IMG/VR virus record: IMGVR_UViG_3300012971_000018
Coordinates: 32,001 to 96,000 of that record
Source of the DNA: a virus
Reading direction: 5' to 3' (one strand)
DNA: 64,000 nucleotides
Position 1 is the stretch's first letter, and the number at the start of each line of letters is the position of its first letter. Of this stretch, positions 37,341-47,361 are shown one piece after another. A program made the position numbers and the translations under genes. The notes beneath the pieces were generated by a model that ran no database searches, was not told the DNA's origin, and worked only from the letters and a program-made list of their open reading frames with translations.

Positions 37341-37341
37341 C

Positions 37342-37560
37342 GGTTCGGTGTGGCGAGGTGGGGTGAGGCAGGTCTGGTGAGGTTAGGTGGGATAGGGCGA
37401 GGTAAGGTCTGGTGGGGTGAGGTATGGTCCGGTACGGTGAGGCTGGGTAGGGTACGGTGAGGTTAGGTGGGATAGGGCGAGGTAGGGTTGGGTGCGGTAT
37501 GGTGAGGCGAGGTTAGGTCCGGTCAGGTTCGGTGTGGTCCGGTAGGGTAAGGTTTGGTAT
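37342..37560 (+). repeat. (GGTNN)n pentamer tract, about 43 units
   Basis: ggttc ggtgt ggcga ggtgg ...; 29-bp direct repeat at 37376 and 37456. Confidence 0.9.
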
Positions 37561-37744
37561 GCCGAATTTAGAGCCAAAGAACCTCCCGGCCGATTGGGTA
37601 TATGAGCCAGAGACCAATTGCGTAATTTGCGGGGGATGTGCCTTTCGCTACGGGGCGGAACATCCGGACGGGGACGGGAACTGGACTTGCCCAAACTGTG
37701 GTGCCGGCAATGGTAGCGACCAGAAACGCCTAGAAGGATCGTAA
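37559..37744 (+). CDS. small zinc-ribbon protein
   Basis: CGGC...CPNC. Confidence 0.55.
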   Translation: MPNLEPKNLPADWVYEPETNCVICGGCAFRYGAEHPDGDGNWTCPNCGAGNGSDQKRLEGS

Positions 37745-38025
37745 TGACGCTGGCCGAATTGCAAGAGCTAATGCCGAAGGGCTCGCTGGTTATTTGCGAG
37801 TGCCACTATCCGGCCAAGGACGAGTACGGGAACGATTGCCCGCAGCATGGTATGGTCTACACGATCCGGGATTACGTCGAGGAGCCGAGCCTGCCCGACA
37901 TCCTGGGTATCTTCCTAAACGAAATCCACAACAAGCCGTTGCCAACTCGACCCGATGGCCGGTTGCTGGAGCGCGCCTTCCTCGCGAGCTTCTTCCGTCC
38001 GGTATCGCGCAAGGACCTAAACTAA
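37744..38025 (+). CDS. hypothetical protein
   Basis: TAATG-coupled. Confidence 0.65.
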   Translation: MTLAELQELMPKGSLVICECHYPAKDEYGNDCPQHGMVYTIRDYVEEPSLPDILGIFLNEIHNKPLPTRPDGRLLERAFLASFFRPVSRKDLN

Positions 38026-38318
38026 TGGCTGTTTACGTCGACGACATGCGGGCACCGTACAAGCCAAGCCACGCTCCCGGACGGCGTTACGTTATGTGCC
38101 ACATGGTTGCCGATAGCGAAAACGAACTGCACGCGATGGCCGATCGGATCGGCGTAGCCCGTAAGTGGTACCAAGGCGACCACTACGACATCGCGCTGTC
38201 GAAACGTGCCTTGGCCGTCGCTGCCGGTGCCAAGGAGATAACAAGACGCGAACTCGCGCGGATTGTTATGGATCGTCGTCGTGCGGCAGCGGAAGCAATA
38301 CGGGCCAAGGGGCAATGA
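38025..38318 (+). CDS. DUF4031-family protein
   Basis: MAVYVDD...CHMVADSENELH...WYQGDHYD. Confidence 0.85.
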   Translation: MAVYVDDMRAPYKPSHAPGRRYVMCHMVADSENELHAMADRIGVARKWYQGDHYDIALSKRALAVAAGAKEITRRELARIVMDRRRAAAEAIRAKGQ

Positions 38319-38345
38319 CCGATCCGGAGAAAGCGGCCATCGGCG

Positions 38346-38573
38346 ATGGGTGCTGTTAATCCTAATCGGACTTGCCCTGTTCGCCATCTGGATGGGGTAT
38401 TATGGACCATGACCCAAACGCAGTTTAACTACGCTGCCAACTTTGTCTTCGTGTCGATCTTGGCGGCGGCATTGCTGGCTTCGCTCCATTTGGTTGGGAC
38501 CAACCCGTGGGTGGGCGGATTTATTGCCGGAGCGTGGTGGATGCATACGTTTAGGTATATGAACAATGAGTAG
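38346..38573 (+). CDS. small membrane protein
   Basis: two hydrophobic segments. Confidence 0.45.
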   Translation: MGAVNPNRTCPVRHLDGVLWTMTQTQFNYAANFVFVSILAAALLASLHLVGTNPWVGGFIAGAWWMHTFRYMNNE

Positions 38574-38790
38574 GCCAGACGAAGAAATCGAGAAAATCGC
38601 TCGTGCTGTGGTCCGCGAGCAGGAGATGGAAGCGCTGCGTACAGCGCGCCGGGAGTGCATTAGCGAAGACCAAGTCGCCGAGCGCATGCGCATCTGGCGC
38701 GAGAAAAAATGAGAACCCGCACGGTTACGCTCTGGCGGGGATTGCAGATGGCGATTATCCATCGCCGCGAAGCTGCCCGGAGGAACCCCC

Positions 38791-38991
38791 ATGCCATTAC
38801 CCGAGAGCCCCGTGCCGCGGCGCCGGCAGTGGTTCCACCTAATAACCCCGGAACTGTTAGAGCGCGCTGGCCCGAGCCGCCGCGCCTTACGGGGAAGTGA
38901 TGTCTACGCAGGGCAGCCCGCCGAGCAGCCGCAGACCGGCGTAACGGTCGACAAGTACGACCTGGCCGAGCACCAGGTTGGCCGCAAATGA
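38791..38991 (+). CDS. hypothetical protein
   Basis: GGAGGA RBS. Confidence 0.45.
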   Translation: MPLPESPVPRRRQWFHLITPELLERAGPSRRALRGSDVYAGQPAEQPQTGVTVDKYDLAEHQVGRK

Positions 38992-39025
38992 TTGCGACGG
39001 TAATCGGATCACGCACGGGGCGAAA

Positions 39026-40840
39026 ATGATAGAACGGATACGCCCCGGCAAGAAAACGACCCCGCCTAAGAAGGCGGTTAACTGGTCGAATGCCCTGCTT
39101 ACGTCGGCCGCGGTGCGCCGCCGGATGCCAAATACCGAGCCGTTTACCGTCCGGCCCGATCTGCATCCGCCCAATGCGCGGCCGAATGGCCATATGGCCA
39201 TGGACACGGCGCCGACGACCGTGGTCTCCACGGCCTGGGCCAATGCGGTTATCTCGACTTCGTTTTCCGAGGGTCTGCAATTCCTGGGCTATCCCTTCCT
39301 CGCAGAGCTGGCGCAACGGCCCGAGTACCGGGTTATCTCGCAGACGATTGCAGAGGAGATGACGCGGAAGTGGGGCAAGTTCGAAGCCAAGGGCGAGGCC
39401 GAGCGGCAGAAGGAAACCCACCTTACGCCCGAGGCCGAGCAGGCCCAGCATCCCGAGGACCCCGAGGCGGCGGTCGAGGCCGAGCAGGAGGAGCGCGAGG
39501 AAGAGGAGGCGTCCGCGGTCTCCGAGGAGAAGCAGGACCGCATCGACGAACTCGAAGAGATGTTCAAAGAACTGCACATTCGCGAGTGCTGCAAGGACCT
39601 CGTCGAGCAGGACGGCTATTTCGGCCGCGCCCATCTCTATCTCGACACTGGCGATACCGACAATCGCGACGAGCTGCGGCAGTCGATCGGATCGGGCAAG
39701 GACAGTTTGTCGAAGGTTAAGGTCTCGCCGCAGAAGCCATTGCAGCGGGTAAAGACCGTCGAGGCGGTGTGGTGCTATCCGACGACGTATGAATCCGTCG
39801 ATCCGCTTAAGTCCGACTGGTACGCGCCGACGCAATGGTACGTTATGGGCAAGGAGATACATGCCTCGCGTCTCTTAAAGATTGTCGGCAATCCGGTCCC
39901 CGATCTGCTTAAGCCGGCGTACAGCTTCGGCGGACTGTCGATGTCGCAGATGGCACAGCCCTATGTCGACAACTGGCTGCGGACCCGACAATCTGTGAAC
40001 GACCTAATCCAGGCATTCGTGGTATGGGGGTTAAAGACCAATCTCCAGGAGACGCTTAGTCTCCAGGGCGACCAGTTGTTTGCCCGCCTGGAATTGTTTA
40101 ATCGCCTGCGCAACAACCGCGGCGTTATGGCGATCGACAAGGACGCGGAGGAGTTCTTTAACGTTACGGCGCCTCTTAGCGGTCTGGAGAGCCTGCAAGC
40201 CCAGAGCCAGGAGCACATGGCCGCGGTATCCCGCATCCCACTTGTCAAGTTGCTCGGCATACAACCCACGGGTCTTAATGCGTCTTCCGAAGGGGAAATC
40301 CGTGTTTTCTACGACACGATACGTGGCCGGCAAGAGTGGATACTTACGCCTATAGTGACTAGGCTTATGCACTTCTGTATGCTTAGCAAGTGGGGCGAGA
40401 TCGACCCCGACATCCAGTTTAATTGGGAGCCGTTGTGGGCGCTCGACGAGAAGCAGCAGGCCGAGGTCGACGAGGTTAATGCGCGCACAGCCCAGATACG
40501 GATCGATACCGGTGTTATCGACAAGATGGAAGAGCGGCGCCGCGTGGCGAACGACCACCAGACCCCGTACCCGGGCATCGATCCGGATTACGAGCCCGAG
40601 CTGGCGGCCGAGGAGGAGGAGGGGCTTATCCCGAAGGGTGCCGGCGCTGGGCTTCGGGCCATTATGGGGACCGGAGGCGGAGCCGCAGCGCCGGGCCTAC
40701 AGGAGCCGGACAACCCGACCCCTAGCGAGGGTAGCGGGGAGCCCGGGGAAGACGCTGTGGAGGCTTCCCTGGCCGATCTGCCGCCTATGCCGGCGGACAC
40801 CGGAGGGCGCAAGGTCTTCGTAGCGGCGAGGAGACGGTAA
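39026..40840 (+). CDS. portal protein (DUF1073-type)
   Basis: FLGYPFLAELAQRPEY, IHASRL, IPLVKLLGIQPTGLNASSEGE. Confidence 0.88.
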   Translation: MIERIRPGKKTTPPKKAVNWSNALLTSAAVRRRMPNTEPFTVRPDLHPPNARPNGHMAMDTAPTTVVSTAWANAVISTSFSEGLQFLGYPFLAELAQRPEYRVISQTIAEEMTRKWGKFEAKGEAERQKETHLTPEAEQAQHPEDPEAAVEAEQEEREEEEASAVSEEKQDRIDELEEMFKELHIRECCKDLVEQDGYFGRAHLYLDTGDTDNRDELRQSIGSGKDSLSKVKVSPQKPLQRVKTVEAVWCYPTTYESVDPLKSDWYAPTQWYVMGKEIHASRLLKIVGNPVPDLLKPAYSFGGLSMSQMAQPYVDNWLRTRQSVNDLIQAFVVWGLKTNLQETLSLQGDQLFARLELFNRLRNNRGVMAIDKDAEEFFNVTAPLSGLESLQAQSQEHMAAVSRIPLVKLLGIQPTGLNASSEGEIRVFYDTIRGRQEWILTPIVTRLMHFCMLSKWGEIDPDIQFNWEPLWALDEKQQAEVDEVNARTAQIRIDTGVIDKMEERRRVANDHQTPYPGIDPDYEPELAAEEEEGLIPKGAGAGLRAIMGTGGGAAAPGLQEPDNPTPSEGSGEPGEDAVEASLADLPPMPADTGGRKVFVAARRR

Positions 40841-40854
40841 AGGGATACGTAATC

Positions 40855-42228
40855 GTGCTAATCCCGGTTAACGACCTGCTCGACCTCCATTGTGGCGACT
40901 GCCTCGACGTGTTGCCAACATTACAGCCGGACAGCGTGGACGCCTGCATTACCGACCCGCCCTATGGGCTGGAGTTTATGGGCAAGGAATGGGACGCATT
41001 TGGCAAGGAAGCAAACCATCGAAGTTTCGAACGTAGTGGTTTTGGGCTTTCAAGATTTGGGGCATGGACACCAACTGCGTCTATGGACGGTGTAGCCAAG
41101 GTTCGGCGTGGAAATCTTGGTTTTCAAGAATTCTCCAAGAGATGGGCGACAGAAGTTTATCGTGTGCTCCGGCCCGGCGCGCACCTCGCGGCATTCGGCG
41201 GAACCCGAACCTACCATCGCATGGCGTGCGCGATCGAGGATGCCGGCTTCGAGATACGCGATTGCTTAATGTGGTTGTACGGGACGGGATTTCCGAAAAG
41301 CCACGATATTAGCAAGGCGATCGATGCGGCGGCCGGGGCGCAAAGGGAGATCGTAGGTCAACGCAAGAAGCTCGAAAGCTATGGACCAAACGAGGTTTAT
41401 GGCGACGGCCCGGACCACGGTGGTATTCAATTAATAACCGCTCCCGCAACCGATGCCGTTCGCCAATGGGAAGGCTGGGGCACCGCTCTTAAGCCCGCAG
41501 TGGAGCCGATCGTGCTCGCCCGGAAGCCATTGAGCGAGCCAACCGTAGCAGCAAACGTCCTGCGGTGGGGAACGGGGGCGCTGAATATTGATGAATGCCG
41601 CATTGCAACTAATTGGGCCACCGATCCGACAAGACGTGGATGGCAAGGATGCGATGAGGCGGGAACAAATCAGGTTAATGGATTGGGATTCAAAAATCCG
41701 AATAATTTAGGCCGCTGGCCCGCCAACGTTGTCCACGACGGCAGCGAGGAAGTGGTAGGGATGTTTCCGAGTACGAAAGGGGGTGTAGCTGTTAGACGTA
41801 ATGGCGGGGGCGGCAAGATAGGCGGAAGAGGAATATATGGCGGCGCTGCCGGCGATCCTGATGATGATATCGGTTATGGCGACTCCGGCTCCGCCGCCCG
41901 CTTCTTCTATTCCGCCAAGGCCGATGCAGACGACCGGCTCGACTCGAAGCACCCGACCGTAAAGCCGATCGACCTGTTGCGATGGCTCGTGCGCTTGGTT
42001 ACCCCGCCGGGAGGATTGGTAATCGATCCGTTTGCCGGCACCGGCACGACGGCGTCGGCGTGCTTGCGGGAAGGCTGTTGCTGCATCTTAATCGAACGCG
42101 AGCAGGAATACGTGGCGGACATTAAGTACAGGTTTACCGGGTTGGGCAAGCTGCGCCGCGGCACGCCCAACGAGACGGCCATGGACAACCTGCGCGACGT
42201 GCGACTGTCTCGGTATTCACAGACTTAA
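40855..42228 (+). CDS. N6/N4 DNA methyltransferase, beta class
   Basis: TDPPY, HPTVKP, DPFAGTGTT. Confidence 0.92.
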   Translation: MLIPVNDLLDLHCGDCLDVLPTLQPDSVDACITDPPYGLEFMGKEWDAFGKEANHRSFERSGFGLSRFGAWTPTASMDGVAKVRRGNLGFQEFSKRWATEVYRVLRPGAHLAAFGGTRTYHRMACAIEDAGFEIRDCLMWLYGTGFPKSHDISKAIDAAAGAQREIVGQRKKLESYGPNEVYGDGPDHGGIQLITAPATDAVRQWEGWGTALKPAVEPIVLARKPLSEPTVAANVLRWGTGALNIDECRIATNWATDPTRRGWQGCDEAGTNQVNGLGFKNPNNLGRWPANVVHDGSEEVVGMFPSTKGGVAVRRNGGGGKIGGRGIYGGAAGDPDDDIGYGDSGSAARFFYSAKADADDRLDSKHPTVKPIDLLRWLVRLVTPPGGLVIDPFAGTGTTASACLREGCCCILIEREQEYVADIKYRFTGLGKLRRGTPNETAMDNLRDVRLSRYSQT

Positions 42229-42322
42229 TTGGGGTGCCGGCGCCCACCACCGGCGATGTCGGAGACTGTCCCCCGCCGTTTAGCACGGCATATGGCACAC
42301 ACAACCCACATAGCGGAGAAGA

Positions 42323-42348
42323 GGGGGACCGTAGTACGACGGTCCCCC
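42323..42348 (+). other. hairpin upstream of a head-region gene
   Basis: ggggaccgt...acggtcccc. Confidence 0.5.
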
Positions 42349-42377
42349 AACTATTTTATAGAACCGGAGGATTTCCC

Positions 42378-43415
42378 ATGGCACAAGGTTTCCCGTTCCG
42401 CAGCGAAGGCTTCGACCGTGTTGGCCAGCTTGTCGGTCATATCGGTGGGCGCCTTGTCGCGCAGGGCCTCGCGCTCGACAGCGGTCTCGGCTTTGTCCAG
42501 CTTGGAAATGAATGGCGCCGGTTCGATACGATCGCCGAAGCGAAGGATTACGCCGCCGAGTTGGCGCAGGACGATCTCCCTGGTTACACCTCGCAGGACG
42601 AGGACATGCCGGGCTATGCCATGGACCCGCTTACGGCCAAGGGCGAGAAGATAAAGTCTGCCATGGAAGACCAGTACGGCAGCAAGAAGGGCGAGCAGGT
42701 CTTCTATGCGTCGCGCAATGCCGGCAAGATTAAAGGGGTCGACCACGAAGGTCCGCCGTCGGTGGCCGAGCTTAGCGGCGAAGCTCCCATTCCGTCAAGA
42801 GACGCCGAACGCAACACCGCGACGGGTGCACCTTGGGACTACGGCCCGACGAAGGGTTTTGGCACCCGAGCGGTGCCATCCAATCCGCATCCTGACTCTC
42901 CGATGGGTCGGCGCATGACTTCCAAGGGCGAAGGTCCACAGCTACAGCTTTTTGGCGACCCTAAGCATCCCGTGGAAGGCATGGAGGAGGACGCGGGGTT
43001 TAACTCTTTCGAGATGTGGCGACGGGCCGCCGAAGCCAAGGGCTACGAGGTCTTTGCCATGCCCGAGTTCGGCCGCTCCGGAAGCCCCGAGCCCGGCGAA
43101 GGTGCCTGGCAGGCGTACTCCAACGGCCAGCGCAAGGGCGAATGGGATGGCGGCATGGCCCACGGCAATGTTAGCTTCCCGGGCCGCGGTACGGTCGATG
43201 CGGAGGCGATGTCGGAATTGAAGGAGCCGCCCGAGGAGATGGTGCCCGAGGCCGAGGACATCCCGCTCCCAGAGTATGCCTCGCCCGATCTGGAGAAGGC
43301 CGCGGAAGAGGCCAAGACCATGGCGCAGAACCGCATGCTCGACCGTACGGTCCTTAACAAGATCGCGCAGAAGTACCGGATCGATCCGGGAGTTCTGGAG
43401 CGCTATCTAACTTGA
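42378..43415 (+). CDS. modular head-region protein
   Basis: GGAGG RBS; module PLTAKGEKI...GEQVFYASRNAG; recurring x-x-D junctions. Confidence 0.7.
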   Translation: MAQGFPFRSEGFDRVGQLVGHIGGRLVAQGLALDSGLGFVQLGNEWRRFDTIAEAKDYAAELAQDDLPGYTSQDEDMPGYAMDPLTAKGEKIKSAMEDQYGSKKGEQVFYASRNAGKIKGVDHEGPPSVAELSGEAPIPSRDAERNTATGAPWDYGPTKGFGTRAVPSNPHPDSPMGRRMTSKGEGPQLQLFGDPKHPVEGMEEDAGFNSFEMWRRAAEAKGYEVFAMPEFGRSGSPEPGEGAWQAYSNGQRKGEWDGGMAHGNVSFPGRGTVDAEAMSELKEPPEEMVPEAEDIPLPEYASPDLEKAAEEAKTMAQNRMLDRTVLNKIAQKYRIDPGVLERYLT

Positions 43416-43422
43416 GGCGGCC

Positions 43423-43647
43423 ATGGCTACCTCCACCGACGCCTTTATGCAGACCTATATCGACTTGACGCAGTCGGAGAATTACAACGCTGGCGTCCAG
43501 TCGTGCATCGAGGCGTATATTCGTAACGGGCGCGTTGTCGTCGCGTACGCCGATGCGGCCAATCGTTTTAGCGCGTTCCCCTCTTCCACCGGGTTTACCG
43601 ATTGGAAGAATGGCTATAATCACGTAGCAGGACTTATAAGCGGATGA
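43423..43647 (+). CDS. hypothetical protein
   Basis: GAGG RBS. Confidence 0.6.
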   Translation: MATSTDAFMQTYIDLTQSENYNAGVQSCIEAYIRNGRVVVAYADAANRFSAFPSSTGFTDWKNGYNHVAGLISG

Positions 43648-43826
43648 CGATGACGATCCAGGGTTGGGTGGTGCTGGCTGTTCTTAGTGGCATACCGCTC
43701 GGCAGCGAGCGGTTCGACAGTCGGGAAGCCTGCGTGGCGGCGCTCGCCAAGCTGCCACCCGATGCATATTATTGCAGTCCGAAGTTTGGATTGCGGGGCG
43801 ATTTCGATCCGGAAAAGATTAAGTAA
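43644..43826 (+). CDS. hypothetical small protein
   Basis: coupled on both sides. Confidence 0.55.
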   Translation: MTMTIQGWVVLAVLSGIPLGSERFDSREACVAALAKLPPDAYYCSPKFGLRGDFDPEKIK

Positions 43827-44797
43827 TGCAGACGGAATTGAATGCACTGTTCGACAGCAACTACGCGCTTAACCGCAAGCTAAAGACGGCCAGAGCGGCC
43901 GTGCTCGCCAAGGATGCCCAGCTAAATGCGCTCGCCAGCGAGAACGCACGGCTAAAGACGCGGCTTGCGCTCGATGCCCGCAAGAAGCCGAAGCTGTTGC
44001 GTCCCGTCCATGCGTCCGCGGGACTGGAGGCCGAGTACCGCCGCCGGCTCGACGCGCTAATCTGCAAGATGTGCGAGTCGGTTAATTACTGGATACGCTC
44101 CAACTACCGGGCCAACGAGCCGCGGCTTAGCGAGCTAAAGGACACGGACGTCGAGCTTGCGCTCGATGTGGTCCCGGCTAATGAACTAAGGCGCGTGGTG
44201 CGCCGGCTGGCACGGCGCTGGCAGAAGAATTTCGCCATTGCCGCCAATCGCCTTGCACGCTGGTTCGCACAATCCAATCGCAATCGTTCGGTCGAGCAGC
44301 TCCACCGCATCCTGCGCGAGGGCGGATGGAGCGTTAACGTCCCGCTAACGCAGGCGCAGCGCGATATCCTGGCGGCCACTGTCCACGAGAATGTCTCGCT
44401 TATCCGCTCGATCCCGAGCCGTTACTTTACCGAGATCGAAGGCATGGTTATGCGATCGGTCCAGACCGGCCGCGATCTCGGCCAGCTAACGAAGGACCTG
44501 CAACGGCAATACGGTGTTACGCGCAAGCGGGCGACGCTTATCGCGCGCGACCAGAACAACAAGGCGACGGGTGCCTTCCATCGCACCCACCAGTTGGAGC
44601 TGGGCATAACCGAGGCCATTTGGGTCCACTCCCATGCCGGCAAGACTTGGCGCCGGACCCACATTGCGAACGACGGCAAGAAGTACGATGTCCGCCGCGG
44701 GTGGTTCGATCCGGACCCCAAGGTGCGCAAATACATCCAGCCCGGCGAGCTTATAAACTGCCGCTGCTTTAGCCGTTCAATTATCCCGGGGTTCTAG
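43826..44797 (+). CDS. head morphogenesis protein (SPP1 gp7/MuF)
   Basis: RATLIARDQNNK, RRTH, PGELINCRC. Confidence 0.9.
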   Translation: MQTELNALFDSNYALNRKLKTARAAVLAKDAQLNALASENARLKTRLALDARKKPKLLRPVHASAGLEAEYRRRLDALICKMCESVNYWIRSNYRANEPRLSELKDTDVELALDVVPANELRRVVRRLARRWQKNFAIAANRLARWFAQSNRNRSVEQLHRILREGGWSVNVPLTQAQRDILAATVHENVSLIRSIPSRYFTEIEGMVMRSVQTGRDLGQLTKDLQRQYGVTRKRATLIARDQNNKATGAFHRTHQLELGITEAIWVHSHAGKTWRRTHIANDGKKYDVRRGWFDPDPKVRKYIQPGELINCRCFSRSIIPGF

Positions 44798-44928
44798 GTG
44801 CACGCGGTCCCCTACCTCGCAGTCGCCATAGCCGAATACGCCCCTTGGGGGCAGATAGTCGTTTTCTACATTCTTAGCGGCTTCGCCGTCGGCGCTGTTA
44901 TCGGAATAATCCAGATACTAAGCGGGCG

Positions 44929-45093
44929 TTAGTGCAGGACGCCGATCCGGCTAAGGCCACCAAATATCTCGGCGGCGATCCACAGCGCGACGCCCAATGG
45001 CAGCATCTGCCACGAGCCGACCGTCGGTATGCGCACTGCGATGCAGGTTATAACGAAGGCGAACGCCAGCAGAACCAGTCCCAGGTTGGCCAT
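44929..45093 (-). CDS. small two-TM membrane protein, antisense to the late operon
   Basis: MANLGLVLLAFAFVITCIA...; GGAG RBS. Confidence 0.65.
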   Translation of the reverse strand: MANLGLVLLAFAFVITCIAVRIPTVGSWQMLPLGVALWIAAEIFGGLSRIGVLH

Positions 45094-45253
45094 GGTGTCT
45101 CTCCTCCAAAGCCGCGGCCATAAAACGCCCGGCCCCAAATAAAGTTCCCCCTGCGATAACGTCGAGAACCGCCCTCCAACCCCGTTCTCGATGTTTGGCC
45201 GTCCGGGCAACGCTTCCCTCCCCGGACGGCCTTCCTAATGGGGAGTTTTTCCA

Positions 45254-45511
45254 ATGCAGAAACTCTGGACGTCCGAAGAGGACAAAATCCTCTTAGAGCA
45301 GCGCCGCGTCCACGGCCCTGCCTGGCGGGTGTACTACGACCCGATGATGACCGGGCAGCGGCGTTCGATCGACGCCTGCGAGCGGCGCCTTAACTTTCTG
45401 CGCCGCCGGCACCGCCCGGTGCGCCCTACGCCCGACGGCGAACCCTTGCGGGTGGGCGACGACCGCCTGCTCCAGCTCCTGCGCCAGCACCACGTCCTTG
45501 TAGAAAGGTAA
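45254..45511 (+). CDS. Myb/GcrA-like HTH protein
   Basis: WTSEEDKIL...RRSIDACERR. Confidence 0.5.
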   Translation: MQKLWTSEEDKILLEQRRVHGPAWRVYYDPMMTGQRRSIDACERRLNFLRRRHRPVRPTPDGEPLRVGDDRLLQLLRQHHVLVER

Positions 45512-45517
45512 GAGACT

Positions 45518-45895
45518 ATGATCTTTTCGAAACGGTCCCACGAAGGCTGTCTTATGATCGACCATCGGGCCTCGCCGGGCATTCCCCGCGCGAAGGCGAT
45601 CGAGATGGGGATGGACCCCGCTCTGGTCGGCGAGGGCAAGCTGTTCGAAACGGTTACGCTAGGGTGTAACCATTGTGGTGGTTGCTGGGTTAAGAACCCC
45701 GATCGCCAACGCGATCGGCACCACTGCGTAAAATGCGATCGGTATCTGTGTGACTGGTGTCACGCGGAAACCACGAAACCAGACTACGTACATCGGTCGT
45801 TCCAGGAACTTGTCGATATAGTGCGCAGCGGCAAGTTCATTATTGCTGGTGGTTACGCGCACGCTCCACTCCTCATCCCTTCTAATGGAGGATAG
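45518..45895 (+). CDS. zinc-finger protein
   Basis: CNHC, CVKC, CDWC. Confidence 0.7.
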   Translation: MIFSKRSHEGCLMIDHRASPGIPRAKAIEMGMDPALVGEGKLFETVTLGCNHCGGCWVKNPDRQRDRHHCVKCDRYLCDWCHAETTKPDYVHRSFQELVDIVRSGKFIIAGGYAHAPLLIPSNGG

Positions 45896-45898
45896 CAA

Positions 45899-46414
45899 AT
45901 GTCCAAGCGTGTATACGCCACTGGCGGGCAGACGTTCACTGCTGCGGCGACCGGTGGTGCGATTGCGAACAACACCTACATGGCGTTGTTCGGTGCGGCT
46001 TCGACCCAGCTAATCGACGTGCTCGAAGTCCTCGTATCCGGAATGGCGACCGCCTCGACGGTGGCGGCGATGCGGCTTGGTCGAGCTTCGACCATCCACT
46101 CGTCCGCGACTGCGCTGGCCTCGCCTTCTTCGGACGGCTTCGAATTCCCCAATGCGTCGGCGCTGTCGTCGTCGGTGGTGTCGTTCAACTCCGCCGTTAC
46201 CGGCCCGACCCCGTCGGCGACCGTTACCGATGCGGGATTGAATCTGGGACTGAATCTTTTCGGTGGCATCCTGCGCTGGAACGCTGCGCCAACCCAGCAA
46301 TGGCAAGTCATCGGCAACACCGCCCCTGGCGGCGAGAGCGTTCTGTGGAACTCCTCGACCCATGGCGGTTCGTCGGGCCTCGCCAACGCCCACCTGCTCT
46401 ACGAGCCGTATTAG
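45899..46414 (+). CDS. putative virion structural protein
   Basis: Ala/Ser/Thr/Gly-rich; GGAGGA RBS. Confidence 0.6.
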   Translation: MSKRVYATGGQTFTAAATGGAIANNTYMALFGAASTQLIDVLEVLVSGMATASTVAAMRLGRASTIHSSATALASPSSDGFEFPNASALSSSVVSFNSAVTGPTPSATVTDAGLNLGLNLFGGILRWNAAPTQQWQVIGNTAPGGESVLWNSSTHGGSSGLANAHLLYEPY

Positions 46415-46476
46415 GACCGGTGGACTAACTGTCGGGGGAGCAGTCCTCCGACAGTTAACGTTTAGGGAAGCGTACC

Positions 46477-47361
46477 ATGCGACTAACCATGGTTATTGCG
46501 ACGCGGGGGCGCCCTGCGCTGCTCGCCGAGACCGTGCGCCATACCGTACTCAACATGTCCAGGTCCTCGTCGGCGATGCTAATCTGTATCGACGACGACG
46601 ACGGACCGACGCTCGACAGTATTAGGTTATTGCCAAAGGACGATCGCATAGTCGTATCGGTTAAGCCGCGCGAGGACAGCCGCGGCGAGAAATACGACCG
46701 GGCGCTAACGGAAGCGCCGGCCGATGTCTACCTGCCGGCGGTCGATTGTGCGCCGATCCTAACACCGGCCTTCGACCAGATTATTATCAATGCCGCTCGC
46801 ATCTTCCCGGATGGGATCGGGTGCGTCTATACCCCGATGGCGAACCAGTTCTTCCCCGGGCTCCAGGCGATAACGGCGCGCATGGTGCAGCACCTGGGGC
46901 ATATCTACAGCCACGACTATCCGTTCTGGTTCGTCGACCACGAGCTGGACGATATCGCGCGCATGGTCGGGCGCTACTGCGTCTGCCCTAATATTCATGT
47001 TGCCAGTGCTGGGCTGCGCCCGGCCAAGACGATCCGGATGCGCGACCTTGCATTCTGGGCGAGCTACTTCGATACTGCGACGCTCGCGCGCCGCACCGCG
47101 GCCAGCCAAATCCTTAATGCCCCCGACTTCGAGGAGACGGAGTGGCGCAAGGTAGTTATGGCGAATTGGTTCCATGTTGTCGAAGCCCGCACCCATGGCA
47201 TAATCGCGAACCTGCACCAGAACGCCAAAGCGATCGAAGCCGAGCGCGGCGAGAGCGGCCCTCCGGACGAAGGCTATCTCCGCATTAAGGCGCTGGCCGA
47301 GACGAAGATGGAGGGGATGCTGGCCGTCCAGAAGGTCGTCCGGGGTATGGATGGTGCATGA
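46477..47361 (+). CDS. glycosyltransferase, GT2-like
   Basis: VIATRGRP, IDDDD, FWFVDHE. Confidence 0.75.
   Translation: MRLTMVIATRGRPALLAETVRHTVLNMSRSSSAMLICIDDDDGPTLDSIRLLPKDDRIVVSVKPREDSRGEKYDRALTEAPADVYLPAVDCAPILTPAFDQIIINAARIFPDGIGCVYTPMANQFFPGLQAITARMVQHLGHIYSHDYPFWFVDHELDDIARMVGRYCVCPNIHVASAGLRPAKTIRMRDLAFWASYFDTATLARRTAASQILNAPDFEETEWRKVVMANWFHVVEARTHGIIANLHQNAKAIEAERGESGPPDEGYLRIKALAETKMEGMLAVQKVVRGMDGA

Noticed and set aside
30306-37560. CRISPR array interpretation of the repeat tracts
   Set aside because: No constant 25-40 bp repeat with unique spacers, and no cas genes
38660-39862. Long antisense ORFs (also 35784-36773, 12861-13826, 23877-24689)
   Set aside because: Shadow frames of strong genes in GC-rich DNA, with no motifs
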